DNA of 63,486 nucleotides, filler included, from Chiloscyllium plagiosum (lineage: Eukaryota), in assembly GCF_004010195.1 (NCBI RefSeq). It is 5 parts of one record of this genome, joined end to end, with 100 filler letters (N's around TTAATTAATTAA, not from the genome) between each part and the next. Parts side by side here need not be neighbours in the genome. Positions count along the whole stretch, not along the records: positions 36,187 to 55,880 come from NC_057717.1; positions 55,981 to 59,356 come from NC_057717.1; positions 59,457 to 63,486 come from NC_057717.1; 2 more parts are not named here. One strand, given 5' to 3'. The position numbers and the translations under genes are program-made. The first letter of the stretch is position 1. Each line of letters begins with the position of its first letter. Positions 50,919 to 62,569 of the stretch are shown here, piece after piece. The notes beneath the pieces were generated by a model. That model did no database searches. It was not told the DNA's origin and worked only from the letters and a program-made list of their open reading frames with translations.

Positions 50919-51749
50919 CTGCAGTCAAAGAGAAGTAACATTCCAAGCAGAATGGTTTGGAAAACTGTCCATTCCCTTATCTAACCCACAGGAAACTTTG
51001 GGGTGTAACATTGACACACTGGAAGGTGCTGAGTAAGTTCTGAAAGAAATCTGGAACGATCAAAGAGTCATCGCTGACTCACTGCAAAATGAAAAACAAC
51101 AAAGCAATAGGATTCAGATTGACATGATCAGGCCAGTGGATTATTAGGCTATTCAGGCCCCCATCTTGGGTGCTCAGTTTGGATCAGATCAGAGCAAAAG
51201 GGAAAAAAAGTACTCAGGAATGAATTGTGGATTTTTGACATGACAGGGCAACAATGTGCCCAAGGGAGTACAGGCTTCAATGTTTTCCCACTCATATACA
51301 CCAAACCTCACCCCTTTGTCATAGACACTGGAGTGTAGGGAGAGCTTTACAGCTCAGAAGTGAGAGAACTGGGCAACTCTAGTGATCAATGAAATTCGGC
51401 TCCTATTCCCGGAACGTGTTCTGGAGTGTGGGGATGGACAGGGCGGTGCAGACCTGAGGAGATGTGCCCAAGGTCAGGGACTAAACAGGATTTATGCAAT
51501 GGGCCAGCAGTTTACAACAGGGACTGATGGGATGAGTGAATAGGGACTGTGTACTGCTCGTGCAGAGATGTTAACATATCAGCAGGTGGACTATACACTG
51601 AGGCAGCAACACTGTGTACCAGGATGATCTGATTAAACTTGCCTCCATTTTTGCTGATGCTCAGCAGTTTTTGCCTTTGAGCTCTACAGCACTGGAATAG
51701 GCTATTTGGCCCAATTCATCCATGTCAACCAGGTTTCTGAAACTGAACT

Positions 51750-53001
51750 GTGAAATGGACTGGTAAGCTAGAGGAGATACTTGTTAGGAAGGAAGATGTG
51801 TTGGACATTTTGAACAACTTGAGGATAGACAAGTCCCCCGGGTCTGACGGGATATATCCTAGGATTATGTGGGAAGCAAGAGAGGAAATTGCAGAACCGT
51901 TGGCAATGATCTTTTCGTCTTCACTGTCAACGGGGGTGGTACTAGAGGACTGGAGAGTGGCGAATGATGTGCCCCTGTTCAAAAAAGGGAATAGGGATAA
52001 CCCCAGGAATTACAGGCCAGTTAGTCTTACTTCGGTGGTAGGCAAAGTAATGAAGTCAACCTTCCTGAGGTAGAACAGGTAAGTGTTTGCACTTGATGCG
52101 GATAACTGGTCCCGTCTTGGAAACTGGTTTCTGCTGAGCACAGACGAGAGCATGATTTGAGGTGGGAACTTGACTGTCAGAAAAAGCTCCCAAGAAGCAG
52201 CTCCAAAGGAATTTTGAAGTCTGGCAGCACTGAGGGACTTGCATCTCAGCAAGTGCCTTCAGCTTTGAGCCAAGGGGGAAGTGGGTGGAAGTGTGGACAA
52301 GCCCCTGATCTCTCCTCGTGATGCTCTCTTGGGTGCAAAGCTCACCACCTCTTCTTGAAAGTGGTCCCTTTGAAGACAGGTGCAGGCAGCAGCCGCTTGA
52401 GTTCCTCCTCTTCACCCCCCCCTCCATTAGCCCTCCCCACCATCACCAACGACATCTGCCAACACGGATGAGGTTGGAGACGATGTGGTTTTGCCAAGAG
52501 GCTCCTTCACCTCATCCCAACAACAGTCTACTCACTCTCACTGGATGTCATTTCTCTGCTTTGCAGAGAAGATTTACCAGGATGTTGCCTGGAATGGAGA
52601 GGAAGTCGTATGAGGATAGGTTGAGAGTTCTCGGCCTTTTCTCGTTGGAACGGCGTAGGATGAGGGGTGACTTGATAGAGGTTTATAAGATGATCAGAGG
52701 TATAGATAGAGTAGACAGTCAGAAACTTTTTCCCCGGGTACAACAGAGTGTTACAAGGGGACATAAATTTAAGGTGAAGGGTGGAAGGTATAGGGGGGAT
52801 GTCAGGGGTAGGTTCTTTACCCAGAGAGTGGTGGGGGCATGGAATGCGCTGCCTGTGGGAGTGGCAGAGTCAGAATCATTGGTGACCTTTAAGCGACAAT
52901 TGGATAGGTACATGGATGGGTGCTTCAGCTAGGACAAGTGTTCGGCACAAGTGGGCTGAAGGGCCTGTTCTGTGCTGTATTGTTCTATGTTCTATGTTCT
53001 A
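51750..53001 (+). mobile_element. Young CR1 insertion with TSD and chimeric interior
   Basis: 'DKSPGSDGIYPR...NYRPVSLTSVVGK' (51750-52050) and 'LQRRFTRMLPG...FFTQRVVGAWN' + (tgttcta)n tail (52560-53001); flanked by tgaact at 51744-51749 and 53002-53007. Confidence 0.9.
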
Positions 53002-54011
53002 TGAACTAGTCCCATTTGCCTGCATTTAGCCCATATCCCTCTAAACCTCTCCTATCCATATACCTGTCCTAATGCCTTTTATATGTTGGAATTGTACCAG
53101 CCTCCACCATTTCCTCAGGCAGCTCATTCCATACATGTACCACCCTCTGTGTGAAAAAGTTGCCCCTTCGCTCCCTTCTAAATCTTTCTCCTCTCACCTT
53201 AAACCTATGCCTCTAGTTTTGGATTCCTCTACCCTAGGAAAAAGACCTTTACTATTTACCCTATCCATATCCCTCATGGTTTTATAAGGTCAAACCTCAA
53301 CTTCCTACACTCCAGGGAAAAATGTCCTAGTCTATCCAGCCTCTCCTTAAGCCAAACCCTCCAGTAGCATCCTTGTAAATTGTTTTTTGCACCCTTTCCA
53401 GTTTAATACCATCCTTGCTGCAGCAGGGCAGCTATGATTGTACAGAAATGTGGCTTTACCAATGTCTTTTACAGCTCCAACATGGCCTCGCAACTCCTGT
53501 GCTCAATGCTACGACCAGTGATGGCAAGTTCGACAACACTCCCCAAAGCCCTACCATTAACTGTGTAAGTCCTGTCCTAGTTTATCTTACCAAAATGCAA
53601 CACCTTGTATTGATCTGTATTAATCTCCATCTGCCATACCTCGGCCCACTGGTCCAGTTGATCAAGATCCTGTTGTACTCTTCTGCACTGTCCACTATCC
53701 TGCCAACCTGAATGCCATCCTCATACTTACTAATCATGCCTCCTAATTTATTATCCAAATCCAGATGATGAACAAGAGTGGACCCAGCACCAATCCTTGC
53801 AGCACATAGGCCTCCTCTTTAAAAAACAACCCTCTACCACCACCTTCTGTCTCCTAACATAAAGCCAATTTTGTATCCAATTGGCTAACTGTCCCTGGAT
53901 CCCATGTGATCTAACCTTCCTAACCAGTCTACCGTGCAGAAGCTTGTCAATGGCCTTGCTAAAGTCCATACAGACAATGTCTACTGCTCCGCTCTCACTT
54001 ATCTTATTGGT

Positions 54012-54415
54012 CAAAAACAGAAATTGCTGGAAAAACTCAGTAGGTCAGGCAGCATCTGTGGAGAGAAAGCAAGAGTTAACAATTTTGGTTCCAGTGACCC
54101 TTCTCCAGAACTGATGGTCGCTAGGAAAGGGTTGGTATTTATACAGACAATGAAGATGGGGTTGGAGGGAGAGCAAGCAATAGTTGGAGGTAGAGCCCAA
54201 AGAGAAAGAAAAATAGTTGGACAGACAAAGGAGAGGTTAAAGGTCATCCTGATTCCTCATTCCTGATGAAGGGCTCCTGCCCAAAACGTCGATTTTCCTG
54301 CTCCTCGGATGCTGCCTGATCTGCTGTGCTTTTCTAGCACCACCCTGATCTTGGTTAAAGGTCAGTCAAGGGGAATGAATGGCTGCTAATGGGGACTATC
54401 AGCAGCTGGCAATGG
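54012..54415 (-). mobile_element. Penelope-type 3'/pseudo-LTR fragment nested in CR1
   Basis: Minus strand 'gaagggtcactggaacc...gttaactcttgctttctctccacagatgctgcctgacctactgagtttttccagcaatttctg' is similar to 60510-60610. Confidence 0.7.
54247..54352 (+). mobile_element. 106-bp hammerhead-bearing mini-insertion with perfect 12-bp TSD
   Basis: ggttaaaggtca at 54235-54246 and 54353-54364; interior 'CTGATGA a gggc tcct gccc AAAAC GTC' (G of GAAA mutated). Confidence 0.8.
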
Positions 54416-55635
54416 CTTACCCCAATCAACTTTTGAAAATTCCTATCCAATACCATCAAAATTGATCTTGCACCAATTTAGGATTTTAACTTGTGGATCA
54501 GATCTATCCTTTTCCGTAAATGTTTTAAAGCTAATAGAATTATGATCATTGGTGCCAAGGTGCTGTCCCACTAACACCTCAGTCATTTGCCCTGTCACTT
54601 GCCCTGCCTTATTTCCCAAGAGAAGGTCAAGTTTAGCTCTTTCTCCAGTAGGACCATCTACGTATTGATTGAGAAAGTTCTTTTGAGCAGACTTAACAAA
54701 TTCCTCCCCATCCAAGCCCTTAACACGATGGCAGGCCCAGTATTTGTTTGGAAAGTTAGAATACCCTACTGTTCCAACTTTATTATTCTTACAACTATCC
54801 GCGACCCCCCCCCCCACAAATTTGCTCCTTAATATCATGCTGACTATTGGGGTGGGCTGGGGGGGGGTGATGAAGCACAATCCCATCAAAATGATCACCT
54901 CCTTCTTATTTCTCAGTTCCATCCATATAGCATCACTGGGCGATCCCTCAGGAATATCTTTTCTCGGTACAGCTATGATGTTCTCCATGACCAAAAACTC
55001 CACTCCCCCTCTCTTGCTTTCCCTTCTATCCTTTCTGTGGCACCTTCACCCTGGAACATTGAGCTGCTAGGCCTGATCTTCCCTCAGCCATGTTTCTATA
55101 ATGGCCAAGATGTCCCAGTGCCATGTTCCCATCCCTGCCCTGAGTTCACCTGTCTTACCTGTGAGGCCTCTTGCATCGAAATAAATGCTGTTTAACTCGT
55201 GAGGCTTCCCTTGTTCCCCGCTGTGCACGTGCCTCTTTTGTCTCAACAGCTCATTCCACCCTCCCCTCACCCGCTCCGTTCTAGTCAAAGTCATAGTCAT
55301 AGTCATAGAGATGAACAGTCTAGTTTAAACCCTCCCTAAGTCAGTGCCAGTGCCAGTGGATCCCACTAGTCCTAAACCAAATCTGACTATAACTAGAATC
55401 GAGCCATTATTGTTCACATCATTCAGACTCACATTAGGTCATTAAACTCAATGTTTATTTTTACAAATATCCAGTGGAGTACTTACGTTTCTGATTCAAT
55501 TAATTCATTGAATGTCGATTTCCCGTACGTCTTGCTGGGATTTGAACTCTGGGTTGTTAGTCCAGTTGCAGTTATCACGTCCATACCTGTACAAAGGAGA
55601 AGGGTCGGCACAGAATTATACAAGCAATGCGAGTG

Positions 55636-55880
55636 TCTAACAGGGGAATGGGACTGTGTAACAGCGGAGTGGGACTGTGTAACACGGGAATGGACTGTGT
55701 AACAGCGGAGTGGGACTGTGTAACAGGGGAATAGGACTGTGTAGCAGGGGAATGGGACTGTGTAACAGGGGAATAGGACTGTCTAACAGGGGAATGGGAC
55801 TGGTAACAGCGGAGTGGGACTGTGTAACAGGGGAATAGGACTGTGTAGCAGGGGAATGGGACTGTGTAACAGGGGAATAG
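55636..55880. repeat. 21-bp minisatellite
   Basis: Unit 'taacaggggaatgggactgtg', ~12 copies up to the contig end. Confidence 0.95.
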
Positions 55881-55980
55881 NNNNNNNNNNNNNNNNNNNN
55901 NNNNNNNNNNNNNNNNNNNNNNNNTTAATTAATTAANNNNNNNNNNNNNNNNNNNNNNNNNNNNNNNNNNNNNNNNNNNN
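55881..55980. other. Artificial contig-joining spacer
   Basis: N44-TTAATTAATTAA-N44. Confidence 0.9.
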
Positions 55981-58900
55981 GCTGCGTGCCCTCCTCCTGC
56001 TACCCCTGAGTAACAGGCTCGAATAGCTGTGTGCTCTCCTCCTGCTGCTCCTGAGTAACAGGCTCCAATAGCTGTGTGCTCTCCTCCTGCTGCTCCTGAG
56101 TAACAGACTCCAATACCTGTGTGCTCTCCTCTTGCTGCTCATGAGTATTAGGCTCCAATACCTGTGTGCTCACAACATACTGCTCCTGAGTAAGAGGCTC
56201 CAATAGCTGCGTGCGCTCCTCCTGCTACTCCGGGGTAACAGGCTCCAATAGCTGTGTGCTCTCCTCCTGCTGTTCCTGAGTAACACGCTCCATTATCTGT
56301 GTGCTCTCGTCCTGCTGCTCCTGAGTAACATGCTCCAATAGCTGTGTGCCCTCCTTCTGCTACTTCTGAGTAAACGGCTCCAATAGCTGTGTGCCCTCCT
56401 GATGATGCTCCTGAGTAACAGGCTCCAATGGCTGTGTGCTCTCCACTTGCGGCTCCTGAGTTACAGGCTCCAATAGCTGTTTGCTGTCCTCCTGCTGCTC
56501 CTGGGTTGCAGTCTCCAATAGTTGTGTGCCCTCCTCCTGCTGCTCCTGAGAAACACCCTCCAACATCTGCGTGCTCTCCTCCTGCTGGCCTCGAGTAACA
56601 GACTCCAATAGCTGTGTGCTCTCTTCCTGCAACTCCTGTACAACAGGTTTCAATAGCTGTGTGCTCACCACCTGCTGCTCCTCCTGCTAATCCTGAGTAA
56701 CAGGCAGCAATAGCTGTGTGATCTCCTCCTGCTGCGCCTGAGTAACAGGATCCAATCGCTGTGTGCCCTCCTCCTGCTACTCCTGAGTAACAGGCTCCAA
56801 TATCTGTGTGCTGTCCTACTGCTGCTCCTGAGTAACATGCTCCAATAGCTGTGTGCTCTCCTCCTACTGATCCTGAGTAACAGCCTCCAATAACTGTGTG
56901 CTCTTTTCCTCCTGCTCCTGAATAACAGGTTTCAATAGCTGTGTGCTCACCACCTGCTGCTTCTGAGTAACAGGCTCCAATACCTGTGTGCTCTCCACCT
57001 GCTGCTCCTAAGTAACAGGCTCCAATACCTGTGTGCCCAACACCTGCTACTCCTGAGTTACAGGCTCCAATAGCTGTTTGGTCTCATCCTGCTGCTTCTT
57101 CATAACACGCTCCAATAGTTGTGTGCCCTTCTCCTGCTGCTCCTGAGTAACAGGCTCCAATAGCTGTGTACCCTCCTGCTGATGCTCCTGAGTAACAGGC
57201 TCCAATAGGTGTGTGCTCTCCTCCTGCTGCCCCTGAGTAACAGGCATCAATAGGTGTTTTCTCTCCAGCTGCTAGCCCTGAGTGACAGACTCCAATACCT
57301 GTGTGCTCTCCACCTGCTGCCCCTGAGTAACAGGCATCAATAGCTGTTTTCTCTCCACCTGCTAGTCCTGAGTGACCGACTCCAATACCTGTGTGCTCTC
57401 CACCTGCTGTCCGGAGTAACAGGCTCCAATAGCTGTGTGCCCTCCTGCTGATGCTCCTGAGTAACAGGCTCCAATAGGTGTGTGCTCTCCTCCTGCTGCC
57501 CCTGCGTAACAGGCATCAATAGGTGTTTTCTCTCCACCTACTAGCCCTGAGTGACAGACTCCAATACCTGTGTGCTCTCCACCTGCTGCCCCTGAGTAAC
57601 AGGCATCAATAGCTGTTTTCTCTCCACCTGCTAGTCCTGAGTGACCGACTCCAATACCTGTGTGCTCTCCACCTGCTGCTCCTGAGTAACAGGCTCCAAT
57701 AGCTGTGTGCTCTCCACCTGCTGCTCCTGAGTAACAGACTCCAATGCCTGTGTGCCCTCCTCCTGCTACTGCTGAGTTACAGGCTCCAATAGCTGTGTGC
57801 TCTCCTCATGCTGACCCTGAGTAACAGGCATCAATAGCTGTTTTCTCTCCACCTGCTAGTCCTGAGTGACAGACTCCAATACATGTGTGCTCTCCATCTG
57901 CTGTCCGGAGTGACAGACTCCAATAGCAGTGTGCTGTCCACCTGCTGTTCCTGAAAAACAGGCTCCAATGCCTGTGTGCCCTCCTCCTGCCACTGCTGAG
58001 TAACAGGCTCCATTAGCTGTTTTCTGTCCTCCTGCAGCTCCTGGATAACAGGCTCCAACAGGTGAGTGCCCTTCCCTTGCTGCTCCTGAGTAACAGACTC
58101 CAATATCTGCGCGCTCTCCTCCTGCTGGCCCCGTGTAACAGACTCCAATAGCTGCGTGATCTCCTCCCGCTGCCCCCGAGTAACTGACTCCAATAGGTGT
58201 GTGCTCTCCTCCTGCTGCTCCTGAGTAACAGGCTCCAATAGCGGTGTGCGCACCACATGCTGCTCCTGAGTAACATGCTCCAATAGCTGTGTGCCCTCCT
58301 CCTGCTGCTCCTGAGTAACCGGCTCCAAAAGCTGTGTGCCCTCCTGATGATGCTCCTGAGTAACAGGCTCCAATAGGTCTTTGCTGTCCTCCTGCTGCTC
58401 CTGGGTAACAGGCTCCAATAGTTGTGTGCCCTCCTCCTGCTAATACTGAGTAACAGTCTCCAACATCTGTGTGCTCTCGTCCTGCTGGCCCCGAGAACAG
58501 ACTCCAAATGCTGTGTGCCCTCCTCCTGCTGCTTCTGAGTAATAGACTCCAACATCTGTGTGCCCTCCTCCTGCTGCTCCTGAGGAACAGACTCCAATAG
58601 CTGTGTGATCTCCTCCCGCTGTTCCTGAGTAACAGGCTCCAATAGCTGTGTGCTCTCCACATGCTGCACCTAAGTAACAGGCTCCAATAGCTGTGTGCTC
58701 TCCTCCTGCTGTTCCTGAGTAACAGGCTCGAATAGCGGTGTGCTCGGCACATGCTGCTCCTGAGTCACAGGCTCCAATAGCTGCGTTCCCTCCTCCTGCT
58801 ACTCCTGAGTATCAGGCTCAAAAAGCTTTGTGCTCCCCTCCTGCTGCTCCTGAGTAACAGGCTCCAATAGCTGTGTGCACACCACATCCTGCTCCTGAGG

Positions 58901-59356
58901 AACAGGCTCCAATAGCTGCGTGCCCTCCTCCTGCTCCTGAGTAACAGGCTCCAATAGCTGTGTGCTCACCACACACTGCTCCTGAGGAACAGGCTCCAAT
59001 AGCTGCGTGCCCTCCTCCTGCTACCCCTGAGTAACAGGCTCGAATAGCTGTGTGCTCTCCTCCTGCTGCTCCTGCGTAACAGGCTCCAATACCTGTGTGC
59101 TCTCCTCTTGCTGCTCATGAGTAACAGGCTCCAATATCTGTGTGCTCACCACATACTGCTCCTGAGTAAGAGGCTCCAATAGCTGCGTGCGCTCCTCCTG
59201 CTACTCCTGAGTAACAGGCTCCCATAGCTGTGTGCCCTCCTCCTGCTGCTCCTGAGTAACAGGATCCAATCGCTGTGTGCCCTCCTCCTGCTGCTCCTGA
59301 GTAACAGGCTACAATAGCTGCGTGCCCTCCTCCTGCTACCCCTGAGTAACAGGCTC
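55981..59356. repeat. 45-bp tandem array (~75 units) filling a whole contig
   Basis: Consensus 'ctcctgagtaacaggctccaatagctgtgtgctctcctcctgctg'; the minus strand translates as (EPVTQEQQEESTQLL)n with scattered stops and frameshifts. Confidence 0.97.
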
Positions 59357-59456
59357 NNNNNNNNNNNNNNNNNNNNNNNNNNNNNNNNNNNNNNNNNNNN
59401 TTAATTAATTAANNNNNNNNNNNNNNNNNNNNNNNNNNNNNNNNNNNNNNNNNNNN
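59357..59456. other. Artificial contig-joining spacer
   Basis: N44-TTAATTAATTAA-N44. Confidence 0.9.
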
Positions 59457-59589
59457 GTGGAGAGGGAAGGTGCTGGGGTCAGGGAGGGGGATGTGGAGAG
59501 ATAAGATGCTGGTGTGCGGAGGGGGTTGTTGAGCGGGAAGGTGCTGGTGTTGGCCGGGGGATGTTGAGAGGGTTGGGGCAGGGTTGGGG

Positions 59590-60022
59590 TAGAGGGATGT
59601 TGAGAGGGAAGGTGCTGGGGTGGGGGATGAGCATGTTGAGAGGGAAGGTGCTGGGGTGGGGGATGAGCATGTTGAGAGGGAAGGTGCTGGGGTGGGGGAT
59701 GAGCATGTTGAGAGGGAAGGTGCTGGGGTGGGGGATGAGCATGTTGAGAGGGAAGGTGCTGGGGTGGGGGATGAGCATGTTGAGAGGGAAGGTGCTGGGG
59801 TGGGGGATGAGCATGTTGAGAGGGAAGGTGCTGGGGTGGGGGATGAGCATGTTGAGAGGGAAGGTGCTGGGGTGGGGGATGAGCATGTTGAGAGGGAAGG
59901 TGCTGGGGTGGGGGATGAGCATGTTGAGAGGGAAGGTGCTGGGTTGGGGTAGAGGGATGTTGAGAGGGAAGGTGCTGGGGTGGGGGATGAGCATGTTGAG
60001 AGGGAAGGTGCTGGGGTGGGGA
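59590..60022. repeat. 33-bp G-rich minisatellite, ~13 copies
   Basis: Unit 'atgttgagagggaaggtgctggggtgggggatgagc'-type with period 33; nearly homogeneous. Confidence 0.97.
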
Positions 60023-60124
60023 GTGGGCTAGAGTGACCAAGAATGTGGACAAGGGAGGGGAGCGGAATATGTCTGATGGTGGCATCTTGCAGTCGGCCGA
60101 AATGCCGGCAGATGATTTATATTC

Positions 60125-60650
60125 TCCATGTAAACAGAGATCCTGAGCTTCCAGTTACCTGCCACTTTAACACATCACCCTGTCCGCTGGCCAACATCTG
60201 TCTCACGTTTTCTGCAGTGTTCCAGCAAAGATCAACATCAGTTGAAAGAACAACACCTCGTTTTCCATTTGGAACCGTGCTGCCCTCCAGACTCAATACC
60301 AAGTTCAGCAATTTTACAGCCTGAACTCCCCCCTTGTCCTAGCCCACACTACCTATGGTTCACCACCAAGTCTCCATTAACAGCAATTCACCCTCCTAAC
60401 AACATTCTGAATACAAATGTTCTTCTCACTCTATCCCTATCTATCCTTTACTCCTTACTTCCTCCCGCAACCTTTCCTTCAGCATATAAACCAACATTTT
60501 CTGACTATCAGCTCTGAGGAAGAGTGACCGGATCCGAAATGCTAACTCTGAAATCACTTCGCAGATGTTGCCAGACCTGCTGAACTTGTCCAACACTTTC
60601 TGGTTGTTGTTTCTGATTTACATCATCCGCAGTTCTTTTGATTTTACTTC
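60125..60650 (+). mobile_element. Penelope-like element 3' end (GIY-YIG C-terminus + pseudo-LTR with degenerate hammerhead)
   Basis: 'RDPELPVTCHFNTSPCPLANI...LKEQHLVFHL...LNTKFSNF'; 'ctgagga...gaaa' at 60514-60539. Confidence 0.85.
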
Positions 60651-60849
60651 ACTGGGAGTTTCTAATTCAGGTCTAGCAACCTATACTGTATTTATAAACC
60701 CACCCAGTCCACACTAACTCCATTTCTCTCCCAGTCTCTGCTATCTCTCCCACTCCCTTCACACTCACTGACCACACCCCCACGGCCTGACAGTGACACT
60801 GTGCCACAGCACATGGCCAGATGTCACCTTGCTGGACACACCCCTCATT

Positions 60850-61033
60850 CAGTCCCATTGGCTGCAGAACCACACCAAGTTTCCTCCTATTGGTGCGAAC
60901 CTGGAGTCAACAGCTCATGGTCACATGTCATCCTGCTGACTCCACCCCGATTTTCTCTCCCATTGGCTTCAGCACCACACTCCTATTGGTCTGCAGCTGC
61001 CATCAATCAGCAAGGCCCAATTGTGAGGTGAGT
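60850..61033 (+). promoter_or_regulatory. Possible promoter/first non-coding exon with clustered CCAAT (ATTGG) boxes
   Basis: Four ATTGG motifs in a duplicated 'cccattggct...ctcctattggt' module, then a donor GAG|GTGAGT at ~61027. Confidence 0.3.
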
Positions 61034-61534
61034 GCTGGGATCCTCCCTCTCTCTGCCCTTGGATGAGTTTCATCATTCACAGTGAATGGTGCAGTATCAT
61101 AGAGCACAGGGGCTGGGGGCTACTCAACCCATTGGGGCTGCACTCTGTCCCTCTGGAGATGTTGCAAATCTGTCCCAACCCCCCTCTCAGTTGTACACAG
61201 CTCTCCAAATCTTCCCTCAAAAAGTTGTTACAAATCTGTTTTAGAATAACTGCTGAATCAGCATCCACCTGCCATTTCAACTGTTTCAGATGCTCAGAAC
61301 TTACTGAGTAAAACGATTTTCACATTTTCACCCTGCATTATTTGCCAATGAAAGAAGTTACTAAAAAATGTGACAAAGTTTATAATTTCTCTCTGTCTCT
61401 CTGTAAATTAAATATCCCTGAAAACTATCTGCTCCTGGTCGAAATTACTGCTTAACATTCTCAGCTCCAAAGAGAATTATCTGAAATTGTGCTACATCTC
61501 CATAAAATAGAAACCTATCTTAGTTTTAATTTAT

Positions 61535-61912
61535 TAGTGTCATAGAGATGTACAACACAGAAACAAACCCTACGGTCGAACACATGCATGCCAACCAGGA
61601 ATCCAGGATTCCCATTTGCCAAGAGCTGGCCCATATCCCTCGAAGTCCTTCCTCTTCATTTACCCAATCAGATGCCTTTTAAATGTTGTCATTGTACTAG
61701 ACTCCACTGCTTCCTCAGGCTGCTCATTCCATACAATCACCACCCTCGACGTGAAGAAGTTGCCCCTCAGATCCCTTTTAATCTTTTCCCTCTCACATTA
61801 AGCATGTGCCCTCTAGTTTTGGACCAACCACACATGGGAAAATGACTCTACCTCTTCACCTTATGCTCATCATGATTTTATAAGTCTTGAGAAGATCACC
61901 TTTCAGTCTCTA
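61535..61912 (-). mobile_element. CR1 3' end, interrupted by the LTR
   Basis: 'gtcatagagatgtacaacacagaaac...gcccatatccct...gaagaagttgcccctcag' is the typical reverse-complement CR1 tail. Confidence 0.85.
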
Positions 61913-61914
61913 AC

Positions 61915-62547
61915 TGTAAGAAATGGGGAAGTGTGTTGTTTTTACAGAAATAGAAAAGGAAGGGAGTGTATGCGTAGAAAAGGGGTCTAAGCAAGTATTA
62001 GGGAAATGTATCTTTACTTTTAATGCATAATTATGTATAATTAAGACTACCTTTAATGTAGAATTATTAAAGAAAATAATTCCTTTCATCACAATGTTTA
62101 AAACAACAGTCTCAGCAAAAAAAGCTAAGATTGCTGAAACGCATAATCTCGGCAAGAAAAGATACATTGCCAAAACGTATGTTCAAGAATGGAATGTACC
62201 TATGAACAATGGAAGATGTTGCAAGCAAAGTAAAAGAACATCAAGATAACAGTTTAGCCTATGTCAGCACTTACAGAGGGAAAGGTTGCCAACTTGGAGA
62301 GGGGAGGAAACAATAAGGGCAGAACACAGAGGGGTAGTGGTAGAAAATAATAAGAAAGATTGGGTAATATAGGAGTCGGGAGAGATGACCTCATGCAACT
62401 CAAAGGTATAACTGTGTAGTTATTTCAATTTTCATCACTTCAATTGCTCTCTGCAATTGGAGTCCTTTCTTGCAAGATCATAGAATAAATTGTCTTGTTT
62501 CCAGTTTTGGTGGTCTCGTCTAAATTTTATTGATTTTGTTTCTAACA
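61915..62547 (+). mobile_element. 5' LTR (633 bp) of an endogenous retrovirus/LTR element
   Basis: TGTAAG...TAACA termini, TATA-like 'gtataa' at ~62406, AATAAA at 62484-62489, immediately followed by a PBS. Confidence 0.8.
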
Positions 62548-62551
62548 GATT

Positions 62552-62569
62552 TGGGTGCTCGTCCTGGGA
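62552..62569 (+). promoter_or_regulatory. Primer binding site, tRNA-Pro-like
   Basis: 'tgggtgctcgtcctggga' vs the canonical Pro PBS TGGGGGCTCGTCCGGGAT, 4 nt after the LTR end. Confidence 0.75.

Larger units (their letters stand above)
51680..55300 (-). mobile_element. Long decayed CR1 LINE with nested CR1 and Penelope insertions
   Basis: EN 'WDILAIIETWL', 'IWMELRNKK...LDLLLGNKAGQV...GTNDHNSISF'; RT 'MDFSKAIDKLLHGRLVRKVRSHGIQG'; 3' UTR at ~51690-51749 and from 53008. Confidence 0.88.

Noticed and set aside
57831..58752. Long ORFs (195-298 aa) as genuine CDS
   Set aside because: They arise in several frames from the 45-bp array; stops and frameshifts are scattered and no gene structure is visible.
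59405..60085. Pro/His-rich 226-aa ORF and overlapping ORFs
   Set aside because: By-product of a stop-free 33-bp minisatellite that is open in multiple frames.
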